A stretch of 64,000 nt of DNA from Candidatus Wolframiiraptor gerlachensis. GTDB taxonomy: Archaea; Thermoproteota; Nitrososphaeria_A; Caldarchaeales; Wolframiiraptoraceae. How positions within the stretch are numbered: the first letter of the stretch is position 1; each line of letters begins with the position of its first letter. The DNA lies in the NCBI GenBank assembly GCA_021323375.2, contig JAJPCT020000016.1, positions 1 through 64,000 on the forward strand. Direction: 5' to 3'. The notes below the pieces were generated by a model. That model saw nothing but the letters and a program-made list of their open reading frames with translations. It ran no database searches and had not been told where the DNA came from. Positions 48,027-57,564 of this stretch are shown piece by piece. Made by a program: the position numbers and the translations under genes.

Positions 48027-49748
48027 TTAAACAAGGGAATAGCTGGCGGCTAAACCGAATTCAAGCTCGGTGGTTCCTGGAATATATCTCATCATACCGG
48101 TCATAATGTTGTTCAAGATCTCCCACGTGAAGAAGTCGTAAGCATTTGCTGGATCCAAATCTGTTACCTTATCGGTAACGCCTATTATAATACGGTCCGC
48201 GATCCTGCCGCCCTCTTCCTTGTAGATTAGCCAGTATCTAAGTAATAGTGTTGGATCTAAAACCACTCCCTTAATACCCTTTCTATAAGCAATTTCCAGC
48301 TTACCTTGAGCAAACGGCACTATTACGGCATCCTCAGCCCAAATGTCTTGGATTCTCTCGTATAATGTGGTCCTCTCCTCAATTGAAGTCTTTGTTCTGG
48401 CCTCGACTAACAGTTTGCCCAGCTCCTCGCTCACATAAGCATTGCCCAGCCATCTACCAGCCTCATTAACAAATGGCGAGGTATAGTCGTCTGGATCAAT
48501 ATAGTCCGGATACCAGCCGTATAAGGAGGCTCCTAGCATTCTATTCCTCGTGTAATCTAGATACGTGGTCCACTCCGCGCTCTTAAGCTCGACTTCAACC
48601 ATTCCGATTTCCTCCCATTGCTGCTTTATCATCGTTGCCACATCAACTTCAGTGTCTCCATAATGTGTCGGCGTATACCATAGCTCTATCTTAAGCTTGT
48701 TAGACGAGCTGTAGCCGGCCTCTTCCAGAAGCTTTCTAGCTAGCTCGAGGTTCCGGTCACCATACTTTTCCTTGAAAGAATCCTTATGACTCCACATGCC
48801 CATAGGCACCATGCTGTAGAGTGGCTCATAGGTTCCGAGATAGACCTTCTCACAGATCGCTTTTCTATCAAGCGCAGCTGCAAGAGCTTTTCTAACTCTT
48901 GGATCGTCAAATGGTGGTATGTGCATATTAAATACTATGTATCTTATGGCTCCTCCCGGTGCTTCGAGAACTTCTATTCCCTCCTTCTTTTTCAAGTCCT
49001 GTATATCGGTTGGTCTAAGAGTTCTCCAAGCAATATCGACTTCACCCGCCTCTAAGGCCATTCTGAGGGCCGTGGCGTCCTTGTAAAACTTCACAATTAC
49101 CTGCTTAGTCTTTGGCATCCCGGCGAACCAGTATGGATTCGATTCTAAAACAAGCTCAACATCTCTTGTCCATTTTATAATCTTATGAGGTCCTGCACCG
49201 CCTGCTGTTTGATCGCTATCAATTTCATCTGGCTTATAAGCAGGATGAACTGGGAAGTATGTCGGAACAGCTAATAGTGCGGGGAAGAATGCAACCGGCT
49301 CCTTTAACGTGAACTTAACGGTATTGTCGTCTAAGGCTTTCCAATCGTCCAAGAAGTCTAGGACGAACCATGCTGGATCACCTTCTATCTTCGCTACCCT
49401 GTCAATAGATCTGACCACATCATGTGCTGTTAATGGTGTTCCATCAGCAAAATAGAGACCTGGCCTAAGCTTTACAATACATTCTTTCCCAACAACAGGT
49501 GGAGGAGCAGTAACGGTTGGTGATACCGTGACTGTTTTCGTTGATATTATTGTTGTTGCGATTGTTTCACGTCTTGTTTCGGTTACTGTGGTTGTTGGAG
49601 CGGTTGCGCTTCCCGCAAAGTAGCCTGCAACGCCTCCAGCAATTCCTGCAACGATGACCCCTGCAGCAACTTTCCCAGCGGTTGATAATGCTTCTCGCCT
49701 AGTTAATTTCCTCCTCTCATTCGCGCCCATGATGCTCTCCTCAACCAT
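48027..49748 (-). CDS. Family 5 (OppA/DppA-like) substrate-binding protein, Tat/TM-anchored, apparently circularly permuted
   Basis: TRREAL signal and Thr-rich linker, then LRPGLYFADGTPLTAHDV, PFDDPRVRKALAAALDR and GWYPDYIDPD; the normally N-terminal LDP...LAASY segment sits at the C-terminus. Confidence 0.9.
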   Translation of the reverse strand: MVEESIMGANERRKLTRREALSTAGKVAAGVIVAGIAGGVAGYFAGSATAPTTTVTETRRETIATTIISTKTVTVSPTVTAPPPVVGKECIVKLRPGLYFADGTPLTAHDVVRSIDRVAKIEGDPAWFVLDFLDDWKALDDNTVKFTLKEPVAFFPALLAVPTYFPVHPAYKPDEIDSDQTAGGAGPHKIIKWTRDVELVLESNPYWFAGMPKTKQVIVKFYKDATALRMALEAGEVDIAWRTLRPTDIQDLKKKEGIEVLEAPGGAIRYIVFNMHIPPFDDPRVRKALAAALDRKAICEKVYLGTYEPLYSMVPMGMWSHKDSFKEKYGDRNLELARKLLEEAGYSSSNKLKIELWYTPTHYGDTEVDVATMIKQQWEEIGMVEVELKSAEWTTYLDYTRNRMLGASLYGWYPDYIDPDDYTSPFVNEAGRWLGNAYVSEELGKLLVEARTKTSIEERTTLYERIQDIWAEDAVIVPFAQGKLEIAYRKGIKGVVLDPTLLLRYWLIYKEEGGRIADRIIIGVTDKVTDLDPANAYDFFTWEILNNIMTGMMRYIPGTTELEFGLAASYSLV

Positions 49749-49881
49749 GTTTTTATCAAGTTATTTTTTGGGCTTCTACTGTCTGATAAACTTTATCCTA
49801 CTCTCCCCACGCGCCCCTTATACACTAAAATCGAATGAACTCTTCAAAGGCTATATTCTCCTACGAAGATATAACTATCTG

Positions 49882-50421
49882 ATGCTTAGGGTTGGTGGCT
49901 CAGTTATTGAGCTTGTTAAGGGTGATATCACGGAACTTGAGGTTGATGCCATTGTTAATGCTGCTAACTCGAGCCTTAAGATGGGTGGCGGTGTTGCTGG
50001 AGCCATCCTAAGGAAAGGTGGATGGAGCATTCAGGAGGAATGTGATAGGATTGGATACTGCCCGGTTGGTGGGGCCGTGATCACGGGCGCTGGAAGGCTT
50101 AAGGTGAGATACGTGATCCATGCGGTTGGCCCGAGGATGGGCGAGGGCGATGAGGATAATAAGCTCCGCAACGCAACCCTAAACTCCCTAAAGCTCGCGG
50201 AGCAGCATAATGTCAGGAGCATAGCATTCCCCGCGATCTCAACCGGGATATTTGGCTTCCCGAAAGATAGATGCGCGAAGATAATGCTGAGGACGGCGGT
50301 GGAGTATCTCCAGAAGGGCAGCAGGATCGAAAGGGTCATCTTCTGCCTCTATGACGATGAAACCTATAGGATATTCGAAGAGGAGCTTGAGAGGATAAAG
50401 AGGGAGCTCGGACAGGCTTAG
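49882..50421 (+). CDS. Macro domain protein (O-acetyl-ADP-ribose deacetylase-like)
   Basis: GDIT, IVNAAN..L..GGGVAGAI, VIHAVGP and FPAISTGIFGFP motifs; ATG at 49882. Confidence 0.93.
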   Translation: MLRVGGSVIELVKGDITELEVDAIVNAANSSLKMGGGVAGAILRKGGWSIQEECDRIGYCPVGGAVITGAGRLKVRYVIHAVGPRMGEGDEDNKLRNATLNSLKLAEQHNVRSIAFPAISTGIFGFPKDRCAKIMLRTAVEYLQKGSRIERVIFCLYDDETYRIFEEELERIKRELGQA

Positions 50422-50439
50422 TGGTGCTGTATCATCTCT

Positions 50440-51291
50440 TCAGGTGATGTATAGTGGACCTCCATGTTGCTCATCATACATCCTTTCGATCTCCTCGACT
50501 ATTCTCCTCAGATCCGCGTTCTCCTCCATGGCCTTGCTCATTGCCTGCTTGAGCGAGTCGGCCATCATCTTAAGCTCGCTAAGATCTACAATTATCCTCA
50601 TCAACTCGGTGAGTTTCATGGCTAGATGATAGGCGGCTATCGCGTTCGGATGCTGCATATAGGCTGGTGTATGAGCCCAGAGGCCCACGGCCTCGACCCC
50701 TACCTCCCTCGCCCTCAACATGAGATAACTATGGATGCTTGCCGGCCCACTGTACTCCGTTAGATCCAGCCCGGATAGCTTCATCTCGGCCCTCAAATGC
50801 TCCATGTTCACGACCGCGGAGATCTTCGTCCTGCGGGTATGTGGAACCTGATCCAAGACACCGCCCACGAGATACATCCTCTTAGCGGATAACATGCTGC
50901 AGAGATTTAGTATTAGGTTGGAGAACTCCCTCCAGCGGAGGCCTGGCTCCACGCCACTAAATATCACGAGAGACGCATCCTGTTCCTCATCCATCCAATA
51001 GTATATCGCGGCTCCAGGCATCTGAAGCCTCTCGATCAGCGCACCCCTTATCTCAACAAATGGTCTGCTTGTCGTCAAGTCATGAATCTCGGAGTAATCG
51101 ATCTCCATGATCTTCTCAGCGTCGAGCGCCCTAGCGAAGTACTCGACAGTGAGTGAGGCGACCCTGCCGGCATCGGGCCAGCCGCTAAAGCCGAGCAGCA
51201 TGTAACGCTTCTCAGCAGATCTTCCACTCTTCACCTTATTCTCGACCTCTCGGGGGATTTCTAGGAACATTAGGACACCTGACGCGAACAT
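50440..51291 (-). CDS. PAC2 / proteasome assembly chaperone family protein
   Basis: GFSGWPDAG, EPGLRW, VPHTR and GLWAHTPAY motifs. Confidence 0.85.
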   Translation of the reverse strand: MFASGVLMFLEIPREVENKVKSGRSAEKRYMLLGFSGWPDAGRVASLTVEYFARALDAEKIMEIDYSEIHDLTTSRPFVEIRGALIERLQMPGAAIYYWMDEEQDASLVIFSGVEPGLRWREFSNLILNLCSMLSAKRMYLVGGVLDQVPHTRRTKISAVVNMEHLRAEMKLSGLDLTEYSGPASIHSYLMLRAREVGVEAVGLWAHTPAYMQHPNAIAAYHLAMKLTELMRIIVDLSELKMMADSLKQAMSKAMEENADLRRIVEEIERMYDEQHGGPLYIT

Positions 51292-51345
51292 GGGCTTCGG
51301 GGGATTTGAGGGTATCGGTCGCTGAGCACCCGCTTAAATCCTCCG

Positions 51346-51882
51346 ATGATAATCGGCTATAGGGTGCTTGATAGTATGGAGATCCGATTACAGCCTATAG
51401 GATATGTGGAGACTGACTATAGCGATGAGGAGATTTCAGAGGCATGGCCCCATGGTGTCGAGGGCAGAATCATAATCTATCCGAGGTTCTCTAATGGGCT
51501 CATGGACTTGGAGGGCTTCTCCCATATAATAGTCATTGCTTGGCTTCATAAGATCCCGGAGGAGGCTAGGATGACCCTCAAGGTCAGGTTCAAGAGGCTG
51601 ATCAGGCTGGGGCTAAGCATAGAGGAGGTTCCGGAGGTTGGGGTCTTCTGCTCCGACTCGCCGCATAGACCCAACCCGATGGCATCAACAATATTAAGGC
51701 TCAAGAAGGTTTATGGAAATGTGCTCCAAGTCTCGGGGCTCGACTTCCATAATGGGACACCGATACTGGATCTAGGAGCCTATACCCCATCATATTCTAT
51801 AGAGGGCTATATATTGCCGGACTGGTATACTGGATTGCTAGAGAAGCTTAGAGGAATTGGAATAAGTTGGGATAAGCTTTGA
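51346..51882 (+). CDS. tsaA: TsaA/TrmO-like tRNA methyltransferase
   Basis: PIGYV, LEGFSHI, GVFCSDSPHRPNP and GLD..NGTPILD motifs. Confidence 0.85.
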   Translation: MIIGYRVLDSMEIRLQPIGYVETDYSDEEISEAWPHGVEGRIIIYPRFSNGLMDLEGFSHIIVIAWLHKIPEEARMTLKVRFKRLIRLGLSIEEVPEVGVFCSDSPHRPNPMASTILRLKKVYGNVLQVSGLDFHNGTPILDLGAYTPSYSIEGYILPDWYTGLLEKLRGIGISWDKL

Positions 51883-52014
51883 GAAGGGGGCTCCACAGCC
51901 ACCGCGTTCACTTGAAACATACCTTGAGCATTAATGTGGTTTTCTTCATAAAGGTGTCATAATTAGGATGTGGGTTTAAGGTTAATAGGAGGCGTGCCGC
52001 GACTCCCGAATGGT

Positions 52015-52998
52015 ATGGCCGAGGTTTCCCGAGCTTCTTCACAGGGGGTTAGAATCTCGCTGCTGAAGCTTAGGCTCTCAATGATAGGCGTATGGGCGCT
52101 TATAACAGGCCTAGCAACGCTCATCATTACGGCCATCTTGCTTTATCTTGGGTTCCCGATAATCGGCATTTACGGGATACTTGGGTTCGTCGTCGCGTTA
52201 CATTTCTTCCAGTGGCTTATAGGCCCTTATATCGTCAACGCGATTTACCGGGTGAGGGAGCTTAGGCCCGGCGAGTATCCATGGCTGCGTGAGGCGGTTG
52301 AGAGAATCTCGGCGAGAAGCGGCTTAAAGCCTCCGAAGATCATGATAGCCGAGATAGATATACCGAATGCATTCGCCTATGGGAGCCCATTGACGGGGAA
52401 TATGGTCGCCGTTACTAGGGGCTTGTTAAGAACCCTAGAGCCGGAGGAGGTTGAGGCCGTGATAGGCCATGAGCTGGGCCACCTAAAGCACCGGGACATG
52501 GTGGTCATGATGATGATCAGCCTCATACCCGCCCTTATCTATTACATCGGATACACATTATACGTTTCCGGCTGGCTTGGTGGAGGCCGGAGCAGGGAAG
52601 GTGGTGGAAGCGGCTTCGCTATCCTGATAGGGATGTTGCTGATAGCCCTTAGCTTCATCTTCAACCTCTTCGTCTATTACATGAGTAGGCTTAGGGAGTA
52701 TTATGCGGACTCGCATGCCGCCCTCAACGTGGAGAATGGCGCCAAGAGACTCCAGAGAGGGCTCGTCAAGATAATGGCCGTATCCGGCAGAATCCCGAGA
52801 TCCATCAGGAGCAGACATGACCAGCTCAAGATGTTCTTCATCTCAGATCCAGACGTTACCATAAAGGCTTATGGCGACATCGACACGTTGATAGAGGAGA
52901 TTAAGAGGGAGAAGCCGAGTATGATCCTAGAGCTATTCAGCACCCATCCACATCCCGCGAAGAGGCTGAGGTTCTTGGATCAATTCATAACCGCGTGA
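52015..52998 (+). CDS. htpX: Zn metalloprotease HtpX
   Basis: PNAFAYG, HELGH, SRLREYYAD and STHP motifs; likely start ATG 52015. Confidence 0.93.
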   Translation: MAEVSRASSQGVRISLLKLRLSMIGVWALITGLATLIITAILLYLGFPIIGIYGILGFVVALHFFQWLIGPYIVNAIYRVRELRPGEYPWLREAVERISARSGLKPPKIMIAEIDIPNAFAYGSPLTGNMVAVTRGLLRTLEPEEVEAVIGHELGHLKHRDMVVMMMISLIPALIYYIGYTLYVSGWLGGGRSREGGGSGFAILIGMLLIALSFIFNLFVYYMSRLREYYADSHAALNVENGAKRLQRGLVKIMAVSGRIPRSIRSRHDQLKMFFISDPDVTIKAYGDIDTLIEEIKREKPSMILELFSTHPHPAKRLRFLDQFITA

Positions 52999-53084
52999 AA
53001 TCTTGGCGAAAAGTTTATCCCTCAACACATATTTTTCAGGCAATTGAAGAGGGGCTGGAGGCGGTTGCTGGAGGCTGGATCTGC

Positions 53085-54401
53085 GTGAGCGCTATAGAGG
53101 TTCTTGAGAGGCAGCCTCTCAGGAAGTTTCACTACGTCCTTCTAGCGATCACGAGCCTGATTTATGGCCTGACGGCGATGAATGTCATGCTTATCTCTGT
53201 CGCCCTCCCGCGAATCAGTGCTGAGTGGTCTCTCAGTACGCCAGCTGCCGGACTTCTCGCGAGCTTCGGCTATATCGGGATGTTCTTGGGCGCCCTCTCA
53301 AGCGGCTTCATAGCGGATAGAATTGGGAGAAAGCCCACGATGATAATCATGATCCTGATAGGGTCGGTGTTTACGGGGCTCTGCGGTCTCGCCCCGGGCT
53401 ACGAGATAATGGCGGCTTTTAGGCTGATAGCGGGCTTTGGGCTCGGAGGAACACTACCACTCCCGGGAGTCTACATGAGCGAGTATCCGCCGGCCAAATA
53501 TAGGGGCAGATTCGTCGGCATCGTTGAAACCGCATGGGTCTATGGAGCGATATTATCCGTCGTCTTCGGCTACATCCTGATACCGGAATATGGCTGGAGA
53601 GCCGCATTCAACGCCGCCTACATACCATTGATTCTCATACCGTTCATAGCCCTCCAAGTCCCTGAGTCGATAAGGTTCCTTGAGAGGAGAGGCCGGATAG
53701 AGGAGATCAAGAGCATATTCAAGAGATATGGGCTCGTCGAGGATGTTGAGGGGCTTTATTTAAGACCTCAGCCAATTCAGAAAATCGGAGTCAAGAGGCT
53801 GATCTCTGGCGAGTATCTGAGGAGGACGTTGATACTCTGGATGCTCTGGGCCGCCCTCGTATACACATATCACGGGATATTCATCTGGCTACCATCAATC
53901 TATGCTGAGAGGCTTGGCTTCTCCATCGTGAAGTCCCTCGAATGGGTTCTGATCGTCACCTTGGTGCAGGTTCCCGGCTACTATAGCGCCGCGCTGCTCC
54001 TAGATAAGGTTGGCAGAAAGCCCATCCTAGCCTTCTATCTAGCTGTTGCCGGCGTCGCATCCCTCTTCCTCTCAACAACCCGCGACATCAACATGATCCT
54101 TATCTATAGCTGTGTGATAAGCTTCTTTAACCTCGGCGCTTGGGCCGGGCTCTATGCCTACACGCCAGAGCTCTATCCAACAGAGCTTAGGGGGACTGGA
54201 TCCGGGGCTGCCGCGAGCATCGGGAGAGTCGCGGGCATACTGGCCCCATATCTCACTGGATACCTGATGTATATCAGTGGTGGAGAGCTTTTCTACGCCT
54301 TCCTAGTGTTCGCGCTGGTTCATCTCGTGGCCGCTGCCATAACAGGCGCCTTCGGCGAGGAGACTAAGGGCAGGAGACTTGAGGAGATCTCGAGGATCTA
54401 G
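53085..54401 (+). CDS. MFS transporter (sugar-porter / aromatic-acid-like)
   Basis: ADRIGRK, SEYPP..RG, PESIRFL, ELYPTELRGTG and EETKGRRLEE motifs; likely GTG start at 53085. Confidence 0.9.
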   Translation: MSAIEVLERQPLRKFHYVLLAITSLIYGLTAMNVMLISVALPRISAEWSLSTPAAGLLASFGYIGMFLGALSSGFIADRIGRKPTMIIMILIGSVFTGLCGLAPGYEIMAAFRLIAGFGLGGTLPLPGVYMSEYPPAKYRGRFVGIVETAWVYGAILSVVFGYILIPEYGWRAAFNAAYIPLILIPFIALQVPESIRFLERRGRIEEIKSIFKRYGLVEDVEGLYLRPQPIQKIGVKRLISGEYLRRTLILWMLWAALVYTYHGIFIWLPSIYAERLGFSIVKSLEWVLIVTLVQVPGYYSAALLLDKVGRKPILAFYLAVAGVASLFLSTTRDINMILIYSCVISFFNLGAWAGLYAYTPELYPTELRGTGSGAAASIGRVAGILAPYLTGYLMYISGGELFYAFLVFALVHLVAAAITGAFGEETKGRRLEEISRI

Positions 54402-55822
54402 TATGATCTCGCGACATAGACCACTGACCTGGCCTCGCCTCCGCATACCGCGCATGGGCCGAATGGCTTCTCGACTATATCATATCTCTCTCCCCTAACC
54501 TCTCCACCGACCTCGTCCTTCAGCTTCTCGGCGCACTCGATGCTCCCGCACCAGTTTATCCTCGCAATCCTCCTCTCCTTCAAGATCTTCTTTATCTCCT
54601 CCATGTTGTTGGCGTCGGAGATCACGCTGAGCATCATCCGCCTGCTCCTCTCAAGCAGGTTCGACTCTATTGCCCTCATCAGCTCATCCACTTTTCCGAC
54701 GAGCTCATCCAGCGACGCCTTAACCCTCTCCAGTGTATCTCTTCTCGCGAGGGTCACAGAGGACTCAACAACCTCCTTCGGCCCTATTTCCACCCTGACT
54801 GGGACGCCCATGAGCTCCCAATGATAGAACTTCTCACCCGGAGTAATGTCATCGCGATCATCAAGAACAGTCCTCCACCTGCCTGCCAGCATATCCCTCA
54901 CCTTGGACGCGTAGTCAAGTATCTGCTTCTCCTGCCCCTTGAATAGTATCGGGATTATCACGACCTGTGTTGGGGCAACCACGGGCGGTAGTACCAAGCC
55001 CCTATCATCCCCATGCTGGGCTATGATCGCTGCTATAACCCTGCTGAAGCCGAAGCCGTAGCATGTCTGATATGGCGTGCCCCTACTTCCATCCCTTTTC
55101 TCGAACTCTATCTCATATGCCTTTGCGAAGTTTCTCCCGAGGTTATGGATTGTGGCGACCTGATTTACCTTCCCATCGGGGTTCCATGCGTCGAATGCTA
55201 TCGAGTAAACTGCTCCAGCGAACTTGTCGAAATCCGGCCTCTTGAGTATGATGTAGCCTATGCAGAGCTTCTTCAGGACTGTCTCGTAGATCTGCATGGC
55301 CTCCCTAACCTGCTTCTCCGCCTCGGCCGCGTTCTCATGCACTGTGTGAGCCTCATTCCAGGGTATCTCCCTAACCCTATAGAGGGCTCTCGTGGCCATA
55401 GTCTCCCTACGATAGACATTCACGCTCTGATGAACCTTGAGTGGGAGATCGGCGTGGCTCCTTATCCAGAGCTTGAACATCGGATACATTATCGTCTCGG
55501 ATGTGGGCCTGATTATCAGCTTCTGCTCCCCGGAGCCCTGATCTATCACAAAGACCTCCTTCGAGAATCCCTTGATATGCTCCGCCTCCTTCCTGAATAG
55601 CTCCTCGCTGGTGACGAGGGGGAAGTACATCTTCTTGTGCCCAGTTTTCTCGAGCTCATCCTCGAGGAGCTTCTTGATCACGTCGAGCATGAAGGCCCCA
55701 TTCTCCAAGTAAACCGAGAAGCCCTTCACCGGGAACCTGTTATCAACTATCCTAGCCCTGAAGATGACGTCGTCAAACCACTCGGAGAAGTTTTCAAACT
55801 TCTTCGAAGCGGAGACGCTCAT
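54398..55822 (-). CDS. proS: Proline-tRNA ligase (archaeal type)
   Basis: KEAEHIKGF, RPTSET, WIRSHADLP, HGDDRGLVLPP and C-terminal ARSY motifs. Confidence 0.97.
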   Translation of the reverse strand: MSVSASKKFENFSEWFDDVIFRARIVDNRFPVKGFSVYLENGAFMLDVIKKLLEDELEKTGHKKMYFPLVTSEELFRKEAEHIKGFSKEVFVIDQGSGEQKLIIRPTSETIMYPMFKLWIRSHADLPLKVHQSVNVYRRETMATRALYRVREIPWNEAHTVHENAAEAEKQVREAMQIYETVLKKLCIGYIILKRPDFDKFAGAVYSIAFDAWNPDGKVNQVATIHNLGRNFAKAYEIEFEKRDGSRGTPYQTCYGFGFSRVIAAIIAQHGDDRGLVLPPVVAPTQVVIIPILFKGQEKQILDYASKVRDMLAGRWRTVLDDRDDITPGEKFYHWELMGVPVRVEIGPKEVVESSVTLARRDTLERVKASLDELVGKVDELMRAIESNLLERSRRMMLSVISDANNMEEIKKILKERRIARINWCGSIECAEKLKDEVGGEVRGERYDIVEKPFGPCAVCGGEARSVVYVARSY

Positions 55823-55889
55823 CCCGCTAAGCCGCGCCTCCCCCCGATATATAGCCTATCCACCATAAATCCCGGCCCATGGGGGCTTT

Positions 55890-56594
55890 CTAGCCCCTCC
55901 TCTCCCAGCTCTTAAGCGCCGCTTCCACCATTTCAGCTAGCAACTTTTTCGGGTCCTTTGCCTTGACATATGCGCTGGCTAGGAGGACTCCCTCGGTCCC
56001 GAGCTCTATCGCCTTGGCCACGTCATCGCCCGTCGAGATGCCCGCGCCGCAGAGTATGTGGACTGATGGATTTACCCTCTTAATCGCCTCAACGGCCCCC
56101 GTGACGACCTCAGGCTTCGCTTTCGAGACAGGTATCCCCGTCCCTATTAGCTCCGGGGGCTCAATCGCCAGCATATCCGGCCCTAGCGCCGCCCCAGCCC
56201 TAGTGGTCTCAACAGTATCTGTGCATAGCAGGGAGATCAACCCAACCTCTCTCAACCTCTCGAGAACCGCGCCAATATCCGCTAGGAGGAGCCTCTTCTC
56301 AGAATGGTTGACTATCGAGCCCACTGCTCCAGCAGCCTTAACATTCTCCGCGATTATTGAGCCTGTGTGGCTTCCGGGGCGATATGGGTCAACATGCTGG
56401 GCGAAGATCGGTATGCTGACATGCTCCACAACAGCCCTGAGATCGAGTAGCGGCGGGGCGACGATAATCGAGATACCATATTCCCTCGAGACCTCTTCAG
56501 CAATCCTAGCAAGCCTTATAGCATTCTCACCTATGGACTCGAGGTAAACCTTGAAGTTCAGTGCAATTACTGGATACTTTATCTCAACACTCAT
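55890..56594 (-). CDS. tpiA: Triosephosphate isomerase (archaeal type)
   Basis: NFKVY, AQHVD, NHSE, EPPELIGTG and CGAGI motifs. Confidence 0.97.
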   Translation of the reverse strand: MSVEIKYPVIALNFKVYLESIGENAIRLARIAEEVSREYGISIIVAPPLLDLRAVVEHVSIPIFAQHVDPYRPGSHTGSIIAENVKAAGAVGSIVNHSEKRLLLADIGAVLERLREVGLISLLCTDTVETTRAGAALGPDMLAIEPPELIGTGIPVSKAKPEVVTGAVEAIKRVNPSVHILCGAGISTGDDVAKAIELGTEGVLLASAYVKAKDPKKLLAEMVEAALKSWERRG

Positions 56595-56627
56595 ATCTTT
56601 CTTGGAGTATGAGCCTGTTGATAAGAA

Positions 56628-57533
56628 TTATCTCGTGGGCTTTGGTCGAGTTTTCTCACGCTTCCTCTCAATCACTTCTCCCCACATGAGCTTTATCTCC
56701 CCTATCAGCTCATCCACCTTGAGGGCACCCTTCTCGGTAATATAGGTGGTTATCAGCCTCGGCCGCAGGATCTCAAAATAAGGGTTCAGGCATCGGAGCT
56801 TGGCTTCCCCGACATATACCTCCTCCTCTGGATGCCTCTCTAGACCGAACCCGTAGATCGCCGCTTTCCAGAGATCCGTCACGATATTCACCGGAACCCC
56901 AGCATCCATCGCTGAGAGGGCGATCATCTTTGAGCCTATCTTGTTCGCGATCGAGCCATCATCGAGTATCGCATCACACCCCAGCACCACCGCATCAACA
57001 AGCCCCTGGTCCATAACATGTGATGCCGCCGCATCGACTATTAGTGTCACATCATGTCCCCTAGCCGCCAGCCTCTCAGCAAGCCTCCTCCCCTCATAGC
57101 CTGGCCGCGACTCAGTAATATACACGCTAATATCCCTGCAGTTTTCGAGGGCGCTGGCAACAGTTGAGCTATAACTATGGGTTAGAATGCTCCTATATCT
57201 CCTGATCATCTCGGAGGCGTTTTGCACAACGCTTCTCAGAGAGCTCTGGTACTCGTTTATGCACCTCCTCACAGCGTTCTCTATCGCTTCTCCCACGGAT
57301 TTTCCAGCCGAGACCTCCTTCTCGATTATCGAGCCAATCATGTGCGCTATGTTTGCTATCGAGGGCATGCTCGGCCTAGCTTCTGAGAGAGCCTTCACAA
57401 GCCTCCTCACGTCTTTGAGGCTCACGGGCTTCTCGAGAAGCTTCATGAAGGATACTGCGGCCCTGATCGTGAGCTGTGACGCGCCGCTCACCGAATCCTC
57501 CTTTATCTCCCTCACCAGATCCGCGATGTTCAT
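56628..57533 (-). CDS. eIF-2B alpha/beta/delta family protein (R15P-isomerase-like fold)
   Basis: ARPSM, LTHSYSSTV, ESRPGYEG, NKIGS and NPYFE motifs. Confidence 0.85.
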   Translation of the reverse strand: MNIADLVREIKEDSVSGASQLTIRAAVSFMKLLEKPVSLKDVRRLVKALSEARPSMPSIANIAHMIGSIIEKEVSAGKSVGEAIENAVRRCINEYQSSLRSVVQNASEMIRRYRSILTHSYSSTVASALENCRDISVYITESRPGYEGRRLAERLAARGHDVTLIVDAAASHVMDQGLVDAVVLGCDAILDDGSIANKIGSKMIALSAMDAGVPVNIVTDLWKAAIYGFGLERHPEEEVYVGEAKLRCLNPYFEILRPRLITTYITEKGALKVDELIGEIKLMWGEVIERKREKTRPKPTR

Positions 57534-57564
57534 CTTCCGCGAGGGCTACTGGATCACGTTATTA

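Noticed and set aside
56628-57533. Ribose-1,5-bisphosphate isomerase assignment
   Set aside because: The catalytic Cys position reads THSYS rather than THCHS, so only the family-level call is kept.
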